Below, piece by piece: positions 56,771 through 64,000 of a DNA stretch of 64,000 nucleotides (position 1 is its first letter; each line of letters begins with the position of its first letter). Made by a program: the position numbers and the translations under genes. The DNA comes from a virus. The notes under the pieces were generated by a model, which was not told the DNA's origin, searched no databases, and was given only the letters and a program-made list of their open reading frames with translations. Where the stretch lies: positions 19,006 through 83,005 of IMG/VR virus record IMGVR_UViG_3300046361_000034; one strand, given 5' to 3'.

Positions 56771-57688
56771 TTAATTTTTAATAATAGATTCTTCTAATGA
56801 ATCTGTAATTGTATATTTAATATTAGCTTCATCAGCTAATTCAGATACACTATATATACCAAAAAGTATATCTGCTGCAATTTCTTTACTACCAATTCCA
56901 TATGCTCTTGCATCACACATAGAATGAGGATATTTAATCCAATTATCTTTATCAGCAAGTCCAGCTTGAACTGCATCAGACATTTTAAATTCAGAGGTAA
57001 CTTTCATTTCTTTGTATGTACCATCCTCTTGTCTGAATTTTCTAATAAATTCATATTTAGTTATTCTATCAACAACTTTTAATTTTGCTACACTACCATT
57101 AATAACTTTAGGAGGAGTATCTTCTGTACCTAATCCTGCAATAGTAGGAACTTTTTTAATTTGCCCGTCAACTGATATTTCTTTAGTTATCCATGCACCA
57201 TCTTCTCCAACTTTACCCCATTCATATATAGGTTCGTAATTATAGATTTTATTAGATATTACACCTTTATTAAGAAGTAAACCTCTTTGTAAATGTATTG
57301 ACATTGTAGGTTTATTGTTAATAGGAAATATACAAGATATACTAGTCATAAAATGAAAACCAAATTGTTGCCCAGTAAGTATTGCTAAAGTAATATCAGC
57401 CTCTGTTTTTAAAGGAGATAGTTTACTAGTTTTAATATGTTTTGCTAAGTAAGTAATAGATTCTAATGCTCTAGCAGCTTGAATAACTTGTTCAAAACCG
57501 CTATTAGGAGTTTGTAGAACAGGAGTAGTAGGTATAAAAGATTGTAATTGGTTACTTTTTTCTACTACTCCTTGAGTTTCTAATTCTTCTGATATTACTG
57601 AAACATTCTCACTAGTTTCATTATTATCTTGTTCTACATTTTCTTCTGATACTTTATCAATAGTATCTTCTTTAAGTTCTTCTTGCAT
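56771..57688 (-). CDS. RecT/Redbeta-like single-strand annealing protein
   Basis: AILTG...G, I..INNKPT and F.M.DA..AGL..KDNW.KYP..M..ARA...DIL.G.YS..EL. Confidence 0.75.
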   Translation of the reverse strand: MQEELKEDTIDKVSEENVEQDNNETSENVSVISEELETQGVVEKSNQLQSFIPTTPVLQTPNSGFEQVIQAARALESITYLAKHIKTSKLSPLKTEADITLAILTGQQFGFHFMTSISCIFPINNKPTMSIHLQRGLLLNKGVISNKIYNYEPIYEWGKVGEDGAWITKEISVDGQIKKVPTIAGLGTEDTPPKVINGSVAKLKVVDRITKYEFIRKFRQEDGTYKEMKVTSEFKMSDAVQAGLADKDNWIKYPHSMCDARAYGIGSKEIAADILFGIYSVSELADEANIKYTITDSLEESIIKN

Positions 57689-57760
57689 AAGAATTAAAAG
57701 TATTTATTATTTGATACATCAATATAAATTGATTGCCTTGTATCTATCTTAATGATAGAG

Positions 57761-57792
57761 CAAAAGTAAAACAATATTTTGATATACACAAA
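57761..57792 (-). promoter_or_regulatory. Bacteroidota sigma70 promoter (-33/-7)
   Basis: Minus strand TTTG-N20-TACTTTTG, an exact consensus match, intergenic and ~70 bp upstream of the RecT-like gene. Confidence 0.8.
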
Positions 57793-57833
57793 CTTTTAGA
57801 TTAAAATTTACAATTTATACCTATATATATATG

Positions 57834-58859
57834 TTACTTTTTTACTAACTTACTTTCAGGTTCAAATTGTGTTAATTGTCCTCTATGAAACTCGTTTTTG
57901 AGCCATATAGAGCCTACTTTACCAAAACGTTGTTTTAGTATTTGTAGGTGTACTAAACCGCTGGTAATGAGCTTATTTAACCCGTATTCGAGGATTCCTA
58001 ATAATTCGGGTTGATGTATTGTTAATACAATATCACAAGCATTGTATAATTGACCTTGTGCATATATATCAGACTTAATAGGAAAATGTAATGTAGCATT
58101 TTTAATTCTTTCAGCTTTTTCAATTTCTCCATTAAATTGTCCAACTAATATAACCATATATCCTCGTTTTTTAAGATATATAGCATTTTTAGCAATTATT
58201 GTCATAACATCAATAACACTTTCACCTTTACCAGCATTAACTAATAGTGTATGATCTATTGCAATAACAAATTTAGGTTTAGGGTCAGTATCAGTTTTAT
58301 TATATTTTTTCTTATAATATTCATAAGATAGAGTAATATTATCAAATATACCAGCCATATTAGTAGGCTCATCAAAATAATAATGATCAATATCTTCATT
58401 TTCATCTAAAGCATCACTAATAGCTTGAAATTCTAAATCTGATATTTGATTATATTTACCTTGTTCAGAATTAAATTCAGCACTTAATAAATTAAGACTA
58501 GATTTTTGTACTTTAGTACTAATACTTCTCAATACTTCATCAACAGGAAGCATTTCAAAAGAATTATGTACTATAACAACATCTTCTTTAAAATCATGAT
58601 TAAGTCGTTTATTAGTAAAATCAGATAAAATCATATTAAGAATAGCAGATTTCCCATGACCAGATAATCCAGATATAAGAATAACTTTACCAAATCTAAA
58701 AAATTTACCTACTGCAATATTAAGTTTACTAAATCTTGTTATTAATCCTAATTGTTTTCTACTTCTTTCTTGATTAACAATTTCTTTAGCTTCAGTATTA
58801 ACATCTTTAATAGTTTTTAATATAGGTACATAATCTTTATCTTTTTTATTAGAACTCAT
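57834..58859 (-). CDS. DnaB-like (SF4) replicative helicase
   Basis: Walker A GLSGHGKS, SFEM, AIDH, QFNGEIE, SDIY....L...CD and LKQRFG. Confidence 0.88.
   Translation of the reverse strand: MSSNKKDKDYVPILKTIKDVNTEAKEIVNQERSRKQLGLITRFSKLNIAVGKFFRFGKVILISGLSGHGKSAILNMILSDFTNKRLNHDFKEDVVIVHNSFEMLPVDEVLRSISTKVQKSSLNLLSAEFNSEQGKYNQISDLEFQAISDALDENEDIDHYYFDEPTNMAGIFDNITLSYEYYKKKYNKTDTDPKPKFVIAIDHTLLVNAGKGESVIDVMTIIAKNAIYLKKRGYMVILVGQFNGEIEKAERIKNATLHFPIKSDIYAQGQLYNACDIVLTIHQPELLGILEYGLNKLITSGLVHLQILKQRFGKVGSIWLKNEFHRGQLTQFEPESKLVKK
57885..58020. other. CpG-rich phased DNA patch F
   Basis: 6 CpG in ~130 bp; core tttgtaggt at 57941 (acctacaaa on the minus strand, as in patch E). Confidence 0.3.
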
Positions 58860-59406
58860 TATCTCTTTGAGTTTTAGTTACTTTATTACCATCTTGTTCT
58901 AATCGTTTTTTTCTAATTGCTAACCAATATTGACTTTTAACAAATTTATCTAAACCTAAATTTAATAGATTTTGTTCTATACCAAATTTAATATCTTCTA
59001 CTATTTCAAGATGTTCTAATATAGAACTTTGAATAGCTTTATCATATAAATTAGCAAAAACATTTCTATCCATAGAAGTTAAAGGAATATTAACTCCATT
59101 TAGATTTGTATAAGTTGGATAAATATCATAAATTTCATCACAAGCAGTATGTTTATTAATAAAGATTTCTAGGAATTTTTTAGTAAGAACAAAACCATTA
59201 ATTTTATCTTCAATAAGAAAACCTTTAACTACTAAATCTTTAATAAAATACATACCAATCATTGTTCCATCATCAGATGGAAATTTTTCTTTATACTTTT
59301 TAATTAAATCACTTCGTTTTTTATGAATAAGGTGTAATAAAAGGTATTGACCTTGAGTAAGGTCATGTTCAATCAAGAACTCTACATAACTATCTTCTAA
59401 AAGCAT
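58849..59406 (-). CDS. Putative replication initiator / helicase loader
   Basis: wHTH-like N-terminus, DEIYDIYP motif; overlaps the DnaB-like gene. Confidence 0.45.
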   Translation of the reverse strand: MLLEDSYVEFLIEHDLTQGQYLLLHLIHKKRSDLIKKYKEKFPSDDGTMIGMYFIKDLVVKGFLIEDKINGFVLTKKFLEIFINKHTACDEIYDIYPTYTNLNGVNIPLTSMDRNVFANLYDKAIQSSILEHLEIVEDIKFGIEQNLLNLGLDKFVKSQYWLAIRKKRLEQDGNKVTKTQRDNEF

Positions 59407-59411
59407 ATTTA

Positions 59412-60818
59412 TTAGATATTATTAATTGTAAATTCTTTATTAGGTGCAGGAGTATATGAAATATCTTCTACAGAACTTACAACAATAGGTTCATGTTTAT
59501 TATTACTTTGACGATTTGCTAACCATTTTTCATCTTGACTATCTTTTACATAAATATTAACAAGAAGTACAGGAACATCAGCATATATACCTTTTTCTTT
59601 TCTACCGGTTCTTCCATTTCTTTGTTTATATTGTGTAGGGTTTTGACTTCCAGATGCAGTAATGGAAAATCTCAAATCTTCAATATCTAAACCCCTATCA
59701 AGAGATTTAGCAGTAGCTAATATTCGGGACTTTCCCGACTTAATGGATGCAAGTGCTTCATTTTTTAATCTTGTTTTACCTTGTTTAATTAATTTACCTG
59801 ATTTTTCAGATGTTACTATTCTTGTTTTTAGATTACTATGATATACAACAGTAGGATTTTTATTTTCATTAAGTATAATTCCAATCTTATCAGCAAAATC
59901 AGTACTTTCTGAAAATATAATAGTTTTTACTTTATTAAATTTAGTAACTAATTCTAATGTTGTAGTATATTTAGCATTTACATTACAAAGAAAGTCTTTT
60001 CTTCCTCTAATTGCATTCATTAATGCTCTAGCATATCCTATAATAACTCCAGGATTCCAAAGATCATCAATTTGTTTATGTGATTCAAAAGAAAGATTTA
60101 ACTCTCTATGCCATCCTTTTTTAATAGCCCAACCTAAAGCCCAACCAGCACCAGAATAATAAGTACCATTATCATGTTTTCCACCAACTAATATCTTTTG
60201 TGCCATTGATAAAGTATTATCAAATTTAGGCATATTTTTACTAATAGTTTCAGTTAGTTTATCATAAGTAATTTTTTCATTATCTGTTAAAGAAACTGCT
60301 AAATTATACTCAATAAATTCTGCTACATAGCCTTCAGCTTTAGCTTCTTCTGCTGTAATAACATCAATTATTGAGTAAAATTTAGTAATTTTTCTAAAGT
60401 TTTTATCATCACCTGATGCAGTTAAACCTAAAAATCTTTTACATTTAATTAATGTACTATCAATAAGTTTAAGTCTTTCTTCAGTAGTAAATTCATGAAG
60501 CTCATCAATAATTAAAGTTCCTACTTCATAAACAATATCTTCAGATAATAAAGTTTGAGCAGATTTTATAACAATACGATCTAATAAATGTTTAGGTAAA
60601 TGATTTAGTTTAGATTTCCATTGTAATTCTAAAGTAGCAGATGCTACAGTAATTACATATGTATCTCTTTCAATTTTCTCATTAGCTTTAATACATAATT
60701 CTGCACCAAATGTCTTACCTACTCCAGTATGCCAATCAAATATACCTTGTCTATTATTATTTAACCATTTTTCAACTCCTAGTTCTTGCCTAGCTAACTT
60801 TTTTTCATCAATTTGCAT
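59412..60818 (-). CDS. Superfamily 2 helicase
   Basis: TGVGKT, IIDELH, LGLTAS, LDRGLDI and QRNGRTGR. Confidence 0.9.
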   Translation of the reverse strand: MQIDEKKLARQELGVEKWLNNNRQGIFDWHTGVGKTFGAELCIKANEKIERDTYVITVASATLELQWKSKLNHLPKHLLDRIVIKSAQTLLSEDIVYEVGTLIIDELHEFTTEERLKLIDSTLIKCKRFLGLTASGDDKNFRKITKFYSIIDVITAEEAKAEGYVAEFIEYNLAVSLTDNEKITYDKLTETISKNMPKFDNTLSMAQKILVGGKHDNGTYYSGAGWALGWAIKKGWHRELNLSFESHKQIDDLWNPGVIIGYARALMNAIRGRKDFLCNVNAKYTTTLELVTKFNKVKTIIFSESTDFADKIGIILNENKNPTVVYHSNLKTRIVTSEKSGKLIKQGKTRLKNEALASIKSGKSRILATAKSLDRGLDIEDLRFSITASGSQNPTQYKQRNGRTGRKEKGIYADVPVLLVNIYVKDSQDEKWLANRQSNNKHEPIVVSSVEDISYTPAPNKEFTINNI

Positions 60819-60821
60819 TTT

Positions 60822-60962
60822 TTAAGTTATTACATATTGTTCATAATTAGGAATACATTTAATCATAGTAGGAATAGAATTAGCTTTGTTTGCTATATCT
60901 TCTCCTAATCTTGCTATAGCAGGAATTAAAGACTTTTGCATAGCAAGAATTGTTCTTTCCAT
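60822..60962 (-). CDS. Small hypothetical protein (46 aa; not in the ORF track)
   Basis: MERTILAMQKSLIPAIARLGEDIANKANSIPTMIKCIPNYEQYVIT; fills the gap almost exactly. Confidence 0.55.
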   Translation of the reverse strand: MERTILAMQKSLIPAIARLGEDIANKANSIPTMIKCIPNYEQYVIT

Positions 60963-60963
60963 A

Positions 60964-61449
60964 TTATTTTGGTTTATAGATTTCTAATCTATTCGTTAAA
61001 CAATAATCATTATCATTTAATATTGCAATAATTACTGTCATGTTATTTAAAGTCTTTAAATATAAATCTTTTACTTGTCTAGGAATATGACCACGATTAT
61101 CTTCATATTTTGCTTTAACAGTTACTAAATCATCTACTTTAACAAAAGTTTTTATTGATTTATTAAAAGTATCTACAAAATCTTTATATAATGGTGGTTC
61201 AAATCCAGCAATTAAATTAGGCTTTCTTAAATCCAAATTAATTAAGTCAAAAAGAGTATTAATTTTAGAATAATCTTCTTCTTCATCAGGTACTAATAGT
61301 ACAATAACATTATGTAATATTTTATGTTTAATATAATTAAAAGATTCTTTACCAACGTTCTTTCTAAAGGCAACTTTAACAGGAGATTCAGAAGTACTTT
61401 TATTTCCTAATATATTAAATATAGGTTTTTCTTTATTTTCATTTTCCAT
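60964..61449 (-). CDS. Hypothetical protein
   Basis: Start reassigned to ATG 61449 (MENENK), just after the polymerase stop. Confidence 0.55.
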   Translation of the reverse strand: MENENKEKPIFNILGNKSTSESPVKVAFRKNVGKESFNYIKHKILHNVIVLLVPDEEEDYSKINTLFDLINLDLRKPNLIAGFEPPLYKDFVDTFNKSIKTFVKVDDLVTVKAKYEDNRGHIPRQVKDLYLKTLNNMTVIIAILNDNDYCLTNRLEIYKPK

Positions 61450-61456
61450 TTTAATT

Positions 61457-63784
61457 TTATTTAGTCCAATAGTCATGAGTTTCAATTTCAACATCTATTG
61501 TTACATTTTTTAAATATCTATTAGCAACATTAATCATAATGTCTTTAATTAAATCTTGTGTATTGTTGTATTGTTTGCCTGTAAGTGAAGATGTTAGTGT
61601 TAGTTTTTGTTTATTAATATAATCATTATATTCATCACTTCTTCCATCTAAATATCTAGGAACTTTAAATACAATTTCATCATGTACCCAAGATAATATA
61701 GTAATATCTAATTTTAATTTTATAAAATGCTTAACTAATATAATGGTAGCTTCTTTTACAAAATCAGCTTGTGTTCCTTGTATTCTAATATTTCTTGCTT
61801 CTGATTGTTCTCCAGAAATTTTAATAAAATTATCATCTTCTTTAATTTTACCTTGTAATAATTGAATTAGTGTAGGAAACCAAGCTCTTGCATTAGTTCT
61901 ATCATTAAGAATAACAAATCCTTTAGCTTTAGCTTCAGCAGATGCTCTTTCAACCATTTCAAAAGTTAAAGGAATTTCTCCTTTAATGGTATCAATAACA
62001 ACTTTACCTTCTTCTTTAATTACATTTAAACTTGTTCCTGCTTTTTTAGGATACATACCATATATACAACCAAAAGTCATAGGTTTAAATTGAGTACGTA
62101 AATCTTTATTAGCTTTTGTAACTGTAAATTCTTTAGAAAGTGCTCTGTTTTTATCATATTCAGTAAGTAAAGTAGGAGTTTTATAAGTAGGACTTTTAGA
62201 AAATAATTTAAAAAGTTGTCCTACTCTATAATTATATATATTTCTCCAACATTTGGTTGCCATATGACTATGCATATCACTATTAGATAATTCAATAAGT
62301 CTAAAATCTTGAGCATGAGAAGCCATTACAATTAATTCTGCACCACTATAATCTGCTGTGGTAACACTATAATTTTCATCAACTGTAAATGCTTGTCTAT
62401 ATTCAGGATTTGAAGGTATATTTTGGAAATTTACTTTATCAGGTTCTCTCTTTCCACCACCAGATTGTAATCTACCTGTAGCAGCAAACGCTTGTCTAAA
62501 AGTAGTATGTATTTTTCCAGTAACTTTATTTAATTTATTGATAAAACTTTCTCCAAAAGTCCCAATAGCTGTAATTAGTTGTGCGTGTTCAATCTTTAAT
62601 TCTATAAATTCTTTCATTATAGAATCAGGTTTTAGTAGTAGATATTTTTCCAATAAATCGCCATTAAGAGTATATCTATTAACTCCTCCAATAATCTGTA
62701 ATTTTGTATTTAATTTAGGTACTTCAAAATTTTCTGTACCAGATACTATCAAAGGTTCTTCTAATCCCGCAAATATAAATATAACATCTTTAGAAGAATT
62801 ATAATTAATATTATTAGGAATAAAATTCACTTTTTTTTTAACACCAGTAATATCTTTATGAGAAGCTATTTCCCCAAATAAATTTATTTCTGTTGTAGTA
62901 CCATCAGCATTAAAAATATCATAATCAGGATTATGTTTTCTTGAATTATTATATTTACTTCCTCCTAATATAACTTTAGGATCGATATCTTTAAATAGTT
63001 TATGATGTGATTTAAAATCACGTAACTCTCTTACAATATCATCAAGTTTACATTCAATCTCAAGTTTTCTATCTTTCTCTTTTTGTAATCTATTTAACCA
63101 TTTTTCTTTATTTAAAACAAAACCTTCAAGTTCAGCAGTTGCAATTATACTAATAAGAGGAAACTCTATTCCATATATTAATAATTCCATTTTGAATTTT
63201 TTAATAAAAGCTCTTTGTTTTTTTCTAATATCAAATAAATTAACTAAATCCCCTTTAAGATAATATAAATGTGAAGGATTAATTTTAAATGTCTCAATAT
63301 TAACATCAATAAATTCATTTCTAATACTTTTAACTACTACAGTATTACAATATCTTCTCACAAGTTCTTCATAAGACCATCCATATCCAGATTTCATCCA
63401 AAGACGTTGGTCACATACCATAGTATCATAAAGTCTAGTTAAAAGAATATTTGTATTAGTTTTTATAAGTTTAATATCATATTTAATATTATGACCTAAT
63501 GTAATAATTTTATGTTTAGAAATATGTTCAATAATATCAGTAATATTTATTGTCCAATCAAACATGAATTGATGTTGTTTATTACCTAAACCATATAATA
63601 ATGGTTGAGCAATATAAGCATCTAAACCAGTAGCTTCTAAATCTAAAGCTTGTACTTTAATTTTTCCTAATATTTGATAATATAATTGTTTACCTTGTTT
63701 TTCAGGTAATATAATTATATCAGTAAAAACATTATTAAAAGATTTTTTATAATTTTCTACATTATTAGTTATAAAATATATCAT
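61457..63784 (-). CDS. polA: DNA polymerase family A with 3'-5' exonuclease
   Basis: Exo DLEATGL, GHNIKYD, YDTM; ATGRLQS, NFQNIP; motif A ADYSGAEL, motif B R...K...FG.IYG, motif C VHDE. Confidence 0.93.
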   Translation of the reverse strand: MIYFITNNVENYKKSFNNVFTDIIILPEKQGKQLYYQILGKIKVQALDLEATGLDAYIAQPLLYGLGNKQHQFMFDWTINITDIIEHISKHKIITLGHNIKYDIKLIKTNTNILLTRLYDTMVCDQRLWMKSGYGWSYEELVRRYCNTVVVKSIRNEFIDVNIETFKINPSHLYYLKGDLVNLFDIRKKQRAFIKKFKMELLIYGIEFPLISIIATAELEGFVLNKEKWLNRLQKEKDRKLEIECKLDDIVRELRDFKSHHKLFKDIDPKVILGGSKYNNSRKHNPDYDIFNADGTTTEINLFGEIASHKDITGVKKKVNFIPNNINYNSSKDVIFIFAGLEEPLIVSGTENFEVPKLNTKLQIIGGVNRYTLNGDLLEKYLLLKPDSIMKEFIELKIEHAQLITAIGTFGESFINKLNKVTGKIHTTFRQAFAATGRLQSGGGKREPDKVNFQNIPSNPEYRQAFTVDENYSVTTADYSGAELIVMASHAQDFRLIELSNSDMHSHMATKCWRNIYNYRVGQLFKLFSKSPTYKTPTLLTEYDKNRALSKEFTVTKANKDLRTQFKPMTFGCIYGMYPKKAGTSLNVIKEEGKVVIDTIKGEIPLTFEMVERASAEAKAKGFVILNDRTNARAWFPTLIQLLQGKIKEDDNFIKISGEQSEARNIRIQGTQADFVKEATIILVKHFIKLKLDITILSWVHDEIVFKVPRYLDGRSDEYNDYINKQKLTLTSSLTGKQYNNTQDLIKDIMINVANRYLKNVTIDVEIETHDYWTK

Positions 63785-63785
63785 A

Positions 63786-64000
63786 TTAAAATGATGTAAA
63801 AGTTACTTCTTTTTTTTCTAATTTTCTAAAAACATTAACAATACTTGCGTTTAATAAAGTATTAAAATCAGCATCAGGAATTTCATAATGAAAATGATTT
63901 AAGGCTTCAAGTATATTAATTCCTTTATATTCTAAAAATTTAATGTAATAAGGTACTCCTATTTCTATTCTAGTTTGTTCTTATTCAATTAGAACAAACT
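63786..64000 (-). pseudogene. 3' part of a gene upstream of polA with an in-frame TAA inside a near-palindrome
   Basis: The frame reads FVLIE*EQTRIEIGVPYY...VTFTSF*, has no Met after the internal stop, and ends 1 nt before the polA ATG. Confidence 0.4.

Noticed and set aside
1-64000. Stop-codon reassignment (TAG to Gln or TGA to Trp) as seen in some Crassvirales
   Set aside because: All long genes, including the 15.7-kb ORF, are intact in code 11. TGA serves as a stop in start/stop overlaps (51254, 46937) and TAG ends genes (47407, 50181).
1-64000. tRNA genes, CRISPR arrays, DGR, integrase, inteins
   Set aside because: No cloverleaf, repeat-spacer array, reverse transcriptase, recombinase or intein motifs were seen by eye, and intergenic gaps are short.

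Overview
AT-rich, gene-dense segment of a crAss-like phage (order Crassvirales), most likely infecting an environmental Bacteroidota host. Host evidence: a TTTG-N20-TAnnTTTG promoter, A-rich start regions without Shine-Dalgarno sequences, and Q-rule signal peptides. It uses the standard genetic code. The + strand (1-42136) is the virion arm: 5'-truncated pre-capsid gene, major capsid protein, conserved structural genes, tail proteins, three tandem signal-peptide proteins (fibre-like, LamG/SGNH esterase, thermonuclease), a lysis cassette, ring and muzzle tail genes, and three ejected cargo proteins. The last cargo protein is a 5234-aa polyprotein containing the virion RNA polymerase (DFDVD motif), a P-loop kinase insert and a zincin-like domain. 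The - strand (42224-64000) converges on it at a bidirectional terminator and carries replication and nucleotide genes: PolA, SF2 and DnaB helicases, RecT-like protein, primase, ATP-dependent ligase, GHKL protein, MazG-like pyrophosphatase, ThyX with an HNH endonuclease, dNMP kinase and DUF932. Most notable observations: (i) ~130-170 bp CpG-rich, ~10.5-bp-phased patches inside genes at ~13.3 kb intervals, resembling strong gyrase sites; (ii) an apparently Sec-exported fibre/esterase/nuclease module; (iii) an HNH insertion that appears to have replaced the thyX 3' end; (iv) a near-palindrome whose inversion would remove a premature stop. All calls come from reading motifs and synteny by eye; no searches were run.
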